Source: an uncultured Gemmatimonadales bacterium (GTDB lineage: Bacteria > Gemmatimonadota > Gemmatimonadetes > Gemmatimonadales > Gemmatimonadaceae). From it: a stretch of DNA of 64,000 bases. The stretch's first letter is position 1. Every line of letters begins with the position of its first letter. The stretch spans positions 32,001 through 96,000 of the forward strand of contig CAVPQB010000003.1 in the NCBI GenBank assembly GCA_963707505.1, given 5' to 3'. The position numbers and the translations under genes are program-made. The notes under the pieces were generated by a model. It was not told the origin of the DNA and did not search any database. It saw only the letters and a list, made by a program, of their open reading frames with translations. Of the stretch, positions 19,281 to 29,060 are shown piece by piece.

Positions 19281-20692
19281 GACAGCGCACGAACGATATT
19301 TCCAACCGCTCCCTGCGTGTAGTAACGTTCCACAACACTCGACGGATACTCAAATCCTGCCGGATCGCGGAATACCCTGAGAAGATCTTGAGGACTGTCT
19401 GCGCGCAGGGCATGCCCTCGGACCTCGAGGTCGCCGATGTTCTCCCAGGTCTGTAGCGGAAGGAACACGGTCGGCGTGCCCAACCCGACCGCTTCGAAGT
19501 GTGACGTCGACGAAATGCTGACGTGAACTCGCGCACGGGCGATTAGATCCAGCGACGAGATATCTGCGTCGTGACTCACGATGCTGACACGTGAGTCATG
19601 CCCCAGCACTCGCCGGAATATCTGGCGATCGCCCGAATACACCGGATGAATCTTGATGATGAGCTGCAGGTCACGGGGAGCGATATCGAGGAAATCCTTG
19701 AAGAAGGCAGCTGTCGCCTCGGGCTGAATGCCCTGTGCAGTGAACAAGACGGTCTTTCGGTCCCGAAGCGGAACGGTCGATCTTGCGCGCACACGGTCCA
19801 ATGGAATGCTGCCGACCGCTGCCGCTCTACCCTGCCAGAACGACGTGGACTCGAGCTGCTCCGCCCAGTATGGACCGAACATCAGAAGTCGATCGGCGAC
19901 CGGCATACCCTGTCGATGCTCGACCGCTGAGTCTGGCCAGAGATAAGCACCCTCGTTGAGGACGCCATGCTGCATATCTACAACCTCTGCGCCACATGCT
20001 TTCGCGGCGGCGATCATACCGTGCTCGCTCCAGTCGATCACAATCACCTGTCGCGGACGAACGCGCCTGAAGAACACATCATGGAGTCGCTTCGACCATG
20101 CGAAGTGAGCAAGCATCGATAGGAGCTCGCCTCGCCCCACCAGCCGTCGGCCAAACGCGCGGCGGAGCCGCTCGCTCAGCTCATCGGCAATCGGGCCAAG
20201 ATCGCGCGGCGCCGCCAGCCTGCGTCCGATAGCCCCCGCAATCTGAATGCCGCCGGACGTTACGTAGCGGCTGCTGCGCTTGGGCCGCCGAACTGAGAAC
20301 CGTTGATCATTCGGCGTCTCTAGTATCATCGACCCGGGCAGCGAGTCGACAACCTCCTGAACGAATGTGTCGCCGAATTGGCCAGCACCGACCTCGTGTG
20401 TCAGGCTCGTTGCATGTGTGCCAAACACGCGGTCAACGCGCGTTAGGCCCGCGTACGATATACCGTCGGCAGCGGCGTCTCGGAATCGATGCGCGACAGA
20501 TGTGAGCGACCTCACATCGGCGCGATCCACGGCGAATGTAGCGCCAGTCAGCTTCGTGATCGCCACAGGGCGCACGATGGGCCACACCGACCATCCACGG
20601 TACGTCACGTCGAGCATGTCGTCGACCCGCTCGGCGTCGGCCACCATCGACTGAGCCTGCGGGTAGCTCATGGTCTCCTGCGGCCCGCCCAT
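19268..20692 (-). CDS. Hypothetical GT-B-like protein, candidate nonulosonate (sialyl-type) transferase
   Basis: DMQHG, IKIHP and SSTSHFEA motifs recall capsule/sialyltransferase-like GT-B enzymes; sits beside Wzx and the nonulosonate pathway. Function inferred. Confidence 0.55.
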   Translation of the reverse strand: MGGPQETMSYPQAQSMVADAERVDDMLDVTYRGWSVWPIVRPVAITKLTGATFAVDRADVRSLTSVAHRFRDAAADGISYAGLTRVDRVFGTHATSLTHEVGAGQFGDTFVQEVVDSLPGSMILETPNDQRFSVRRPKRSSRYVTSGGIQIAGAIGRRLAAPRDLGPIADELSERLRRAFGRRLVGRGELLSMLAHFAWSKRLHDVFFRRVRPRQVIVIDWSEHGMIAAAKACGAEVVDMQHGVLNEGAYLWPDSAVEHRQGMPVADRLLMFGPYWAEQLESTSFWQGRAAAVGSIPLDRVRARSTVPLRDRKTVLFTAQGIQPEATAAFFKDFLDIAPRDLQLIIKIHPVYSGDRQIFRRVLGHDSRVSIVSHDADISSLDLIARARVHVSISSTSHFEAVGLGTPTVFLPLQTWENIGDLEVRGHALRADSPQDLLRVFRDPAGFEYPSSVVERYYTQGAVGNIVRALSWPE

Positions 20693-20750
20693 CAGCCAAC
20701 GCCCGAGCTATGGGCCAAGCGATATTGCGATCCCTCGCCCCTCGTGCACA

Positions 20751-22220
20751 TCATCGGCCCCATGCGATAAGACGACGCGTAGCGTCCCGGACAAAACGGC
20801 GCTCGCTACGACTGACGACGCCGACGGCGAGGAGCACTACGGGAAACATCGCGATCACGGCCACGTGCGCTACAACGGCAGCCCCTGTGCCGTAGCCTGC
20901 CATGCTAGCGATCCAATACAGCGCGCCAGCTGCAAGCGCAGCTCGCACAAGCCGCGCGTATTCGTACGGAACTCTGTAAACCCGCTGCGCAGCAACCCAT
21001 GCGAAGACGAGAGTCGCTGCGTACGAGATGAGGGTCGTCCAAGCAGCGGCTATCACGCCATGCCGTGGCATAAGCCACAGGTTGAGTCCTACATTGAGAA
21101 TGCCAGCTGCAATCGTAACCATTGGGATGAGCGCCGTTCGTTCGGCTACAAACAGGAAATTCGCGGGGACGAAATACATCCCCGCGAAGACGTACCCGCA
21201 CACGATCCACGGCACGATTGGCGCCGCGCCGCTGTACCCGGGCGCCATCAGCATCAGCACAATATCCTGACCGAGAATTGCAAGCGCGAGACCCACTCCG
21301 AGAAGCACAATCGCGAATACACTCGCCAGGCGCGCCAACGAACCGGTCGCGCCGTTACCCTCCTCTGCAACACGCTTGTACACGAACGGCACCCAGGCGC
21401 TGTTCATCGAACCGGCAACGGTGTTTGCGATCGCGCCAAACTGAAATCCGAGCGCATATAATCCGATCGCAGCAGCCGGAACAAACCGTTCCAGCAGCAC
21501 GCGGTCTGAAACATCGAGAACCCAGCCAGCCAACCCGTGCGGAACAAGCGGCAGTGAAAATGCGAGAGCCATCAAGAGAACTCGCCTGTCGACCGCGATC
21601 CGCAGCGATCTAAGCATGATGCCGCAATAAATAGCAGCCGCTGCCCCCGTGGATATGCACACCGCTAACAGGTATCCGCGCGCACCGTCGCCACGGATCA
21701 CGACAAAGTACACTATGAGAGCTGCGGTCGCGACCGCCGAGCCGAGCGTCGCCGTTACGTACTGCACGGCTCGCTCCTGCACTTGCAGCAGAGCAAGTGG
21801 GACCAGGCTGAACGTACTGAAAAAGGCGGTCCAAATAGCCAGTCGCACGTAAGGATGAAACGGAACCTGCGGAACAAGCCAGGTAAACATCCCGCCACCG
21901 AACCGATCGGCGAGGATCGTCACGATCAATGCCGCAACTGCGATGCTCACCGCGATTGTCCCGTTCGTACGACTGCGCGTCGACTCATCCGTATCGGCGA
22001 AATAATACTTCGCTACCGCACCATGAAGCCCAAACGGCAGAATGATGCCGAGCACCGCTGTAATCGTTCCGCTCACCGCAACAACACCATAGTCGGCTGG
22101 CGTCAGAAATCTCGTGTAAAGCGGAAGAAGCAGAAACGTGATCGACCTGCCGAGCACGCTCCCAAAGCCATACACCAATGAACGACCTGCGAGTGATTTG
22201 ATGTCAGCGACAATGCCCAT
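20751..22220 (-). CDS. wzx: Oligosaccharide flippase (Wzx/MOP family)
   Basis: FLLLPLYTRFLTPADYG, SDRVLL, IGLYALG, about 14 TM segments. Confidence 0.9.
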   Translation of the reverse strand: MGIVADIKSLAGRSLVYGFGSVLGRSITFLLLPLYTRFLTPADYGVVAVSGTITAVLGIILPFGLHGAVAKYYFADTDESTRSRTNGTIAVSIAVAALIVTILADRFGGGMFTWLVPQVPFHPYVRLAIWTAFFSTFSLVPLALLQVQERAVQYVTATLGSAVATAALIVYFVVIRGDGARGYLLAVCISTGAAAAIYCGIMLRSLRIAVDRRVLLMALAFSLPLVPHGLAGWVLDVSDRVLLERFVPAAAIGLYALGFQFGAIANTVAGSMNSAWVPFVYKRVAEEGNGATGSLARLASVFAIVLLGVGLALAILGQDIVLMLMAPGYSGAAPIVPWIVCGYVFAGMYFVPANFLFVAERTALIPMVTIAAGILNVGLNLWLMPRHGVIAAAWTTLISYAATLVFAWVAAQRVYRVPYEYARLVRAALAAGALYWIASMAGYGTGAAVVAHVAVIAMFPVVLLAVGVVSRSERRFVRDATRRLIAWGR

Positions 22221-22274
22221 GCTGCCTCCAGGGAGGCGATGCGACCGTGTCGTTCACCTGGCCACCCGCTGGAT

Positions 22275-23489
22275 TCACGCTGTGCGCTCAGAGGCCGTTC
22301 GGCGAAGGCTCGACAGCGAACTGATCACCCGCGCTTGCTCGGATGCGGTAAGCCCGACGGAGGACGGCAGGCTGAGTGCAACACTGTTCAGGTACTCCGC
22401 GACCGAGCAATCCGTGCGCTCGGCGCCAGCATGCGCCGGTGATAGGTGGCATGGTTGCCACAAAGGGCGTGTCTGGATGCCCAGCTCCGCCAATCCGCGC
22501 ATGACGCCACGACTCCCACCCTCGAAAGACACCGGGTCGACGAGGACCGTGAAAAGCCAGTGTGCACTCCACGCCCATTCAGCCTCACGCATTGGTGTGA
22601 TACACGCGTCGGCGTCGAACGCATTGCGGTACGTTGCCGCAAGCGTGCGCTTCGCATCGAGGTGGTCGTTGAGACGCTCCATCTGGGCCAATCCAACGGC
22701 CGCGGCGATGTTGGTGAGTCGATAGTTGTAACCGACTTCGCCGTGCACGAACTCGATCGCATCGTCCTTGGCCTGCGTAGTCAGGTAGCGGGCTCGGCGT
22801 GCGAACATCTCGTTGCTGGTAACAATCATACCGCCACCGCCTGTCGTGATGAGCTTGTTGCCGTTGAAGCTGAAACACGCGATGTCGCCAATGCTTCCCA
22901 CGGGGCGGTCGCGATATGTCGCGCCAAGGCTTTCGGTGGCGTCTTCAATGATCGCCAGATCGAACCGGTGCGCAATTTCGACAAGTCGATCCATGTCGAC
23001 GGGATGCCCAAGTATGTGTACGGGAACAATCGCGCGGATACGGCGGCCGGTCGATTTGTTGTACAGCGCTCCATCGCGCCACGAGCAACGATTGTTGAGA
23101 AAGTCGATGGCCTTGTCGACGTCCATTTCCCAGTACTCTGGCTCGGCGTCCACGAACACGGGAAACGCGCCGACGTACCGGATCGCGTTGACAGGCGCGA
23201 TGAACGTAAGCGTTGAGACGAGGACTTCGTCGCCTGCTTTGACTCCGGCAACCATAAGAGCGATGTGCAGCGCAGCCGTGCCGTTGACCGTGGCCACTGC
23301 GAACGGAACGCCAGCGTGCGCGGCTATACTTTGCTCAAAGCGGGTGACAAACGGGCCGACGCTCGAGACAAAATTCGTGTCGAGGCATTCCTTGACATAG
23401 CTCCATTCGTTCCCGCCGAGGTACGGAACGCAGAGCGGTATCTCTCCTTGTGGTACCGGCGCTCCCGGCTCTCTTGAACTAAACTGCAT
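22275..23489 (-). CDS. legC: LegC-type PLP aminotransferase (DegT/DnrJ/EryC1/StrS)
   Basis: ECLDTNFVSSVG, NGTAALH, EDATESLG, SFNGNKLITTGGGG, GYNYRLTN. Confidence 0.85.
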   Translation of the reverse strand: MQFSSREPGAPVPQGEIPLCVPYLGGNEWSYVKECLDTNFVSSVGPFVTRFEQSIAAHAGVPFAVATVNGTAALHIALMVAGVKAGDEVLVSTLTFIAPVNAIRYVGAFPVFVDAEPEYWEMDVDKAIDFLNNRCSWRDGALYNKSTGRRIRAIVPVHILGHPVDMDRLVEIAHRFDLAIIEDATESLGATYRDRPVGSIGDIACFSFNGNKLITTGGGGMIVTSNEMFARRARYLTTQAKDDAIEFVHGEVGYNYRLTNIAAAVGLAQMERLNDHLDAKRTLAATYRNAFDADACITPMREAEWAWSAHWLFTVLVDPVSFEGGSRGVMRGLAELGIQTRPLWQPCHLSPAHAGAERTDCSVAEYLNSVALSLPSSVGLTASEQARVISSLSSLRRTASERTA

Positions 23490-24471
23490 ATGTCCCCGGG
23501 GAAAAACGTCCCATGTTACCGCGCATCCATTCCGCCGTCAAACGCAAACCGTCCTCAAGGGCGATCTGCGCCTCCCAACCCAAAAGCCTTCTGGCGGCCG
23601 ACGGATCGGACTGAAGCACCATCACTTCGCTTTTGTCGGGGCGCAATCGTTCTGCCGCCTGCTCCGCAACGGCCTGCACGCCGCAAGCCCGGCACGCGGC
23701 ATGGAACACGTCGCCGATCGATTCAGCACGGCCCGTCCCGAGATGGATCGTCATCCCATCAATCCCCACCGCCGTTGCCGAGGCAAGGAAGGCACGCACT
23801 GTATCGCTCACAAAAGTGAGATCGCGGCGTGGGGAAAGATTGCCCAGCGCGACGGTGCGCGAACCGGCAAGTAGCTGCGAGAGAATCGTTGGGATTACAG
23901 CGCGTGCGGACTGACGTGGACCATATGTATTGAATGGCCGCAATATCACGACCGGCAGGTCGAACGCACTGTAGTACGCCTCACAGAGCTTGTCGGCGCC
24001 GATTTTGGTGGCGCTATACGGTGACTGACCGCGTAACGGGTGCCCCTCGGTGATGGGGAGCGTTTCGGGTGTACCGTAGACTTCGCTCGTCGATGTCTGG
24101 ATGAGCCTTGAACACCCGCTGCGTCGCGCGGCCTCGAGCACGTTCAACGTTCCAGTGATGTTTGTGTCGACGAAAGATGCGGGTGCCGCGTAGCTGTATG
24201 GAATGGCGATGAGTGCGGCTAAATGCATGATGATGTCAACACCGGCACACGCGCTCTCGACGAACCTGGCGTCACGAATGTCACCAAGACGCACGTCGAT
24301 GGCCGACCTTACCTCCGACGAACTGGTATCGAGCCACCCCAATGAGCCGTTCGAGTTATACAGGCAAAAGGCGCGAACATCCGCACCTCGAGCTACCAGC
24401 GCCTCGGTCAAGTGACTTCCAATGAAACCGTCGGCGCCGGTTACGAGTACTCGCTTCCCTTCGAGATTCAC
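23479..24471 (-). CDS. legB: NAD-dependent NDP-GlcNAc 4,6-dehydratase, LegB-type
   Basis: GTG start at 24471; VTGADGFIGSHL, YNSNGSLGWLD, HLAALIAIPYSY, QSPYSATKIGAD, RPFNTYGPRQSARAVIPTI. Confidence 0.85.
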   Translation of the reverse strand: MNLEGKRVLVTGADGFIGSHLTEALVARGADVRAFCLYNSNGSLGWLDTSSSEVRSAIDVRLGDIRDARFVESACAGVDIIMHLAALIAIPYSYAAPASFVDTNITGTLNVLEAARRSGCSRLIQTSTSEVYGTPETLPITEGHPLRGQSPYSATKIGADKLCEAYYSAFDLPVVILRPFNTYGPRQSARAVIPTILSQLLAGSRTVALGNLSPRRDLTFVSDTVRAFLASATAVGIDGMTIHLGTGRAESIGDVFHAACRACGVQAVAEQAAERLRPDKSEVMVLQSDPSAARRLLGWEAQIALEDGLRLTAEWMRGNMGRFSPGTYAV

Positions 24472-25529
24472 GTCAGTCCCCGCGCGCGTACGAGTTCCTC
24501 TGGCCGACCGATATCCAGCCACTCCTCGTCAATCATGTAAGCTCCAACAGGACGGTCCATCGCAAGGCACGTATCGAATAGCGACGTGATTGGAAACGTT
24601 TCGCCGTGCGGCACCATCCGAATCGCCTCGGGCGAGAGTACATAGATTCCGGTGTTGATGAGTTTACGATCGACGGGCTTCTCCTGCAGCGCTATCAGTC
24701 TGTCCCCACTCACTGTCGCGGCACCGAACGGCACTTCGACGCTATAATGTCGCAGCCCCATGGTGGCGACGAACCGTCCACGGTCATGAAAATCTATCAT
24801 GCTGCCGACGTCGCATTGCGTTACGAGATCGCCGTTCAGGACAAGCACGGGCTCATCCGGCACCGGTGTAAGCAGCGAAAGCGGCCCGCCGGTGCCGAGC
24901 GGTTCGGATTCGTGGAGATATGTAATCCGGCACCCAAACCGCGATCCGTCACCGAAATGCTCCTCAATCATGTGCGACAGGTAATTCACGGAAAAGTAGA
25001 ACCGGTAAATTCCCGCACTCATGAGATGCAGCAACAATCGCTCGAGAATCGGACGCCCAGCCACTGTCACCATAGGCTTCGGTACCAAGTTGGTCAGTGG
25101 AGCGAGTCGTGTTCCGCGCCCACCCGCGAGAAGAATCGCGGCATTGGTCCGCGGCCGCGACGTCACCATGCGGCCAATGGTGTGGAGCCCGCAAAGACGC
25201 CCCTCGGCGTCGAGAATCGGAAGCTGCCCGATCCGCCTGGCTCGCATCAGGTCAAGCACTTCAGCGCGCCCGGTGGTACTTGACACCGACGAGAAGTTAC
25301 GCTGCATCACCTCCGTCACCGGTGTCGAATCCAGATCGGCGTTACGAAGAAGCGCCCTGCGAAGGTCGCCGTCAGTGATTGCTCCGACCACTCGGCGTGT
25401 CTCCGGTTCACATACGAAGACGATTGCTTCCGCCCCAGCGTCGAGGGCGCGAAGCGCGTCGCGGAGTATGGCACTCGTTTCGATGACGAGCCGGGAAACC
25501 TCGGATCCATCGCCGCCCCACCGCATCAC
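24468..25529 (-). CDS. CBS-domain sugar-1-phosphate nucleotidyltransferase (PtmE-like)
   Basis: N-terminal CBS pair (GAITDGDLRRALL); AGGRGTRLAPLT, PKPM, PLGTGG, WLDIGRP. Confidence 0.88.
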   Translation of the reverse strand: MMRWGGDGSEVSRLVIETSAILRDALRALDAGAEAIVFVCEPETRRVVGAITDGDLRRALLRNADLDSTPVTEVMQRNFSSVSSTTGRAEVLDLMRARRIGQLPILDAEGRLCGLHTIGRMVTSRPRTNAAILLAGGRGTRLAPLTNLVPKPMVTVAGRPILERLLLHLMSAGIYRFYFSVNYLSHMIEEHFGDGSRFGCRITYLHESEPLGTGGPLSLLTPVPDEPVLVLNGDLVTQCDVGSMIDFHDRGRFVATMGLRHYSVEVPFGAATVSGDRLIALQEKPVDRKLINTGIYVLSPEAIRMVPHGETFPITSLFDTCLAMDRPVGAYMIDEEWLDIGRPEELVRARGLT

Positions 25530-25569
25530 TTACCCGACCTGGCAACTGCCGTGTCGCCGTCACCGGTAC

Positions 25570-26253
25570 TCACTTTTCGCATGACACGATCCACATTTCC
25601 ACCACGTTCGACCCGCCATCGACTGTGCGAGACTGGACGTCGACGACGACGTTCCTGAAGTCGCAAAATAGTGTATTGATTTGCGCCCGCCCGAATAGCG
25701 ATGAGAACCCCTTTCCCGCGAAAGGCCCTTCCATGATGTCGTCAAAACCACCCGGCTCGAGCTCCCGACCCAATCCCCAACCCCACGATCGATCCGTAAA
25801 AAGCGCTGACGAAAATCTGCCGCCTGATTTCAGCACGCGATGAACTTCGCTCAGAATTTGCAGACAATCCGCAAACCGGTTTGCGTACACGCTGGCGTTG
25901 TCAATCACGCCATCAAAATATCCGTCGGGCCATGGCAACGACGACATATCGCCCACTCTGGCGTCAGCCTCAAGCCCTTCCGCCGCGAGTCTCGCGCGAA
26001 GCTGCGCGATCGCTGTTGCCGATCCGTCGATTGCCGAAACAGAAAACCCCTCGCGCGTAGCGAACCACGCGTTCGCTCCGGGGCCGGAGCCAAGATCGAG
26101 CAACGCGATCGAGCGCCGGTTGTCTGCCCGGTACCAATTACGCGCCACGAAGCGAACAACATGCTCAGGGGGGTACTTCCCCCATTCCTGGTTGCGGAAC
26201 ACCTGCTCCCATGCAGGATCCCACGCCGCAGGCTTATTCGAAGCAGCGCTCAT
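25570..26253 (-). CDS. Class I SAM-dependent methyltransferase
   Basis: WGKYPPEHVVRF, LDLGSGPGAN, IDGSATAI, RVLKSGG. Confidence 0.88.
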   Translation of the reverse strand: MSAASNKPAAWDPAWEQVFRNQEWGKYPPEHVVRFVARNWYRADNRRSIALLDLGSGPGANAWFATREGFSVSAIDGSATAIAQLRARLAAEGLEADARVGDMSSLPWPDGYFDGVIDNASVYANRFADCLQILSEVHRVLKSGGRFSSALFTDRSWGWGLGRELEPGGFDDIMEGPFAGKGFSSLFGRAQINTLFCDFRNVVVDVQSRTVDGGSNVVEMWIVSCEK

Positions 26254-27293
26254 ATTGGCCTGGCAGATGGATGTCTATACGGAAGGAGCCAGTTCGCTGC
26301 GTCAACGCTGGATGCGGCCGCAGACAGGCTGTTGAATGCAGCGACGTCGATGACTACGCGAGCAGTATGGAACTGACGGGTCTCGCCGCCCACACTCCGC
26401 TTGAAGCGTAGAAGCGGATCGTCGTGCTGATGTGTCACCCCGCCACCGAGGTGCACGCCCGCCAATTCGAGCTTGGCTGCCCGCTCAATACCGGCCTGAA
26501 CTAGCAAGTTGGCCGCAAAGTTAGGTGCATCCTCACGTCGCGCTGCAAGATGGTAGTGAGCCCAGCGCGGACCAAACAGAAATATCGCAGCGCTGACAAG
26601 CCCGTCCGAGTCCGTCGTTCCCACAATCTCCGCTCCTGGTATCATTCTCAGCGTCGCAAAATATTCGCTGCCGAAATTCAGTCGGCTCGGCGCCGACAGT
26701 CGGCCCATCGCCGATCGATACAGAGGAACGAAGGTATCCCATAACGCCGGCGTATTCCACTCGATGGTCGTGCCGGTTTTCCTCCCACGGTTCACCATGT
26801 TGCGATGCCGCGACCCTGCTCGTTCCCACGCGTCGGCAATGCCCCGGTCGAGGGGTACGTAAACCGTTTCCCGGTCAGCCCTAACGACGGCGTCCGCCGG
26901 CAACCATTGAACATTTTCTACAAGCGGGTGCATCCGGAAGAACGCTGCTACCGCACCTTCGGTGCGGCTGGCTTCGATCCACTCACGCCAGCCGCGGTCG
27001 AGAGCACGCGTAGGTGATCCCGGGCTGGCGAGAGGACCGCCGTAACCGTTGCAACTCTGGATGTCCCAACGATCCGTTCCAGGAATTGCAACGCGCATGC
27101 CCGGGACGAAAAGTTGCCGCCCGCCACAATCCGCCAGCGTCGCAACACCGATTCCGTCGCCAGCAACTTCGCAGAGTGTGTGATAGGCGGTCGTGAAATA
27201 CGTGTCCGTAGCATCGTTCGTAAGCGCAGAGGCGGCCGCGTCCCATCTGGGGTCGGTAGTCCGCATCATCAGCGAATTGTCAGACAGCAACAT
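26250..27293 (-). CDS. GNAT/FemAB-like acyltransferase
   Basis: GYGGP, FFRMHP, HRNMVNRG, HYHLAA, HLGGG, LLRFKRSVG. Confidence 0.8.
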   Translation of the reverse strand: MLLSDNSLMMRTTDPRWDAAASALTNDATDTYFTTAYHTLCEVAGDGIGVATLADCGGRQLFVPGMRVAIPGTDRWDIQSCNGYGGPLASPGSPTRALDRGWREWIEASRTEGAVAAFFRMHPLVENVQWLPADAVVRADRETVYVPLDRGIADAWERAGSRHRNMVNRGRKTGTTIEWNTPALWDTFVPLYRSAMGRLSAPSRLNFGSEYFATLRMIPGAEIVGTTDSDGLVSAAIFLFGPRWAHYHLAARREDAPNFAANLLVQAGIERAAKLELAGVHLGGGVTHQHDDPLLRFKRSVGGETRQFHTARVVIDVAAFNSLSAAASSVDAANWLLPYRHPSARPI

Positions 27294-28317
27294 CGTCGTC
27301 CGCAACAAGTGAGCTTTGTATCACGTCGCGCGCCAGAACACGCCCCACCCATCGATCTGCTTGATCGACCCCGATCCCCGCCTTCCCTGTGCGAAGCCCT
27401 GTAACGTGTTCCGGTGTCAGGCGGGTCCCCGCGGGGAGTGACTTGCTATACACGAGTACGCGACGCACGGCGCGAAGTGTATCGCGCTCGCTATCCATCA
27501 CACGCTTTTCGCCCGTTCCCAGCATCGCCTCCGCACGCCGGACCGCTGCGCAGAGCGCTGCAAATTCCGCGGGATCGGCGGACGCACGGTGATCTGGCCC
27601 GGCCAGAGCACGGTCCAGCGTGATGTGCTTTTCCAGAATCGCGATGCCTACTCCAACCGCGACTACAGCGGCCACCGACCCCTGAGTGTGGTCGGAGAGC
27701 CCGACAGTAACACCCAGCGCTTCACGCAACGTCCGGATCGCGGCAAGATTCATCTCGGCCTCTGGAGCCGGATAGGCGCTCACACAGTGAAGGACTGCGA
27801 CGTCCGGTGCGCCCGCTGATCTTACGACGTCAATACTACGGCTGACTTGATCAATCGACGCCATTCCTGTCGAAAGAATCACGGGAAGCCCGAGCGCGCC
27901 GACCTCACGCAAGTGCAGCACGTTGGTCAGCTCCGCCGAACCAACCTTGATTACGTCGACTCCCAGTGACGCGAGGAAACGCGCACTCTCGACGTCGTCG
28001 GGAGTACTCAGGAAATCAATACCGCGCTCGCGAGCATGATCACGCAGTTCTTGATGCCAAGCAAAAGGCAATTCAAGGCGCTTGAGCATCGCGTATTGGT
28101 CCGCGCCGCCACTCATCGCCTGATAATCGGCCATCGCCGCGCCCGGTGCACATATCAAATCGGTCAGCCAAGTCTGAAACTTGACCGCATCTGCCCCGCT
28201 GTCCGCCGCGGCATCAACGAGGGCGTGCGCCAATGCAAGATCGCCATTATGATTTACCCCCGCTTCGGCGATGATGTACGTTGCACCGTAGCTGATGAGC
28301 CTCTCTCCGATGCGCAT
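27280..28317 (-). CDS. neuB: Nonulosonic acid synthase (NeuB/LegI family)
   Basis: IIAEAGVNHNGD, ADAVKFQ, ILSTGMA, LHCVSAYP, GLSDHT, EKHITLD, C-terminal SAF-like domain. Confidence 0.93.
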   Translation of the reverse strand: MRIGERLISYGATYIIAEAGVNHNGDLALAHALVDAAADSGADAVKFQTWLTDLICAPGAAMADYQAMSGGADQYAMLKRLELPFAWHQELRDHARERGIDFLSTPDDVESARFLASLGVDVIKVGSAELTNVLHLREVGALGLPVILSTGMASIDQVSRSIDVVRSAGAPDVAVLHCVSAYPAPEAEMNLAAIRTLREALGVTVGLSDHTQGSVAAVVAVGVGIAILEKHITLDRALAGPDHRASADPAEFAALCAAVRRAEAMLGTGEKRVMDSERDTLRAVRRVLVYSKSLPAGTRLTPEHVTGLRTGKAGIGVDQADRWVGRVLARDVIQSSLVADDDVAV

Positions 28318-29060
28318 CACAACCGGTCGGGTAATGAGCCCGGCAATGTGACTGCGCCTGCGCGAACGAGTGCGTCAAGTGCGTCAAATTGCCGCGGTGA
28401 ATCCAGTGGCACGAACGGCACATCCTGCACAAGTTGCTTGCGCAGTCTGCCGCGGCGCCAGTTGTCGTCGGAAAGAATAGCCCGGCGTCGCCATGCGTAT
28501 AGAGCTCCATTGATGATGTACGACGCGGGAACATCCTGTCGCCGCGTAAACTCCGAGGCTCCCGCGACCATATCTTCCAGGTAGCCGCCCCGCTCTACAA
28601 CACAGTGCCAGAACGGATTCGCGTCGGGCTCGGTCACGCCCACAACTCCGTCGCAGGAAGAATCACCCTCAAGGCACTGCACTGCCTGGTCGATGTCAGC
28701 CGCCGAACGAAATGGGCTGGTCGGATCGAGCAATACTAGAGCGTCGTAACTCGACGCGTCGATCGTTTCCATCATCATCAACGCGTGCTGCAGCACGGGC
28801 CACATCGGCGTGGTATCGGTGGCCAGATGCGCCGGACGCATGAAAGGAACGTCAGCGCCGGCGGCCTTTGCGACACGCGCAATCTCCAAGTCGTCTGTCG
28901 AGACAATGGTGCGAGTGAGCCTACGAGCTCCTCGCGCCACTGCGACCGAGTACTCGATCAAGGGCCGATTGCCTAGCGGCCGAATGTTCTTCGCTGGTAT
29001 TCCTTTTGAGCCACCACGCGCAGGTATCACACCAAGAACACGGATGAGCGACGGCGTCAC
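28317..29060 (-). CDS. neuA: Acylneuraminate cytidylyltransferase (NeuA/LegF family)
   Basis: IPARGGSKGIPAKNI, VSTDD, PTSPFR, RRQD, NGALY. Confidence 0.93.
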   Translation of the reverse strand: MTPSLIRVLGVIPARGGSKGIPAKNIRPLGNRPLIEYSVAVARGARRLTRTIVSTDDLEIARVAKAAGADVPFMRPAHLATDTTPMWPVLQHALMMMETIDASSYDALVLLDPTSPFRSAADIDQAVQCLEGDSSCDGVVGVTEPDANPFWHCVVERGGYLEDMVAGASEFTRRQDVPASYIINGALYAWRRRAILSDDNWRRGRLRKQLVQDVPFVPLDSPRQFDALDALVRAGAVTLPGSLPDRL

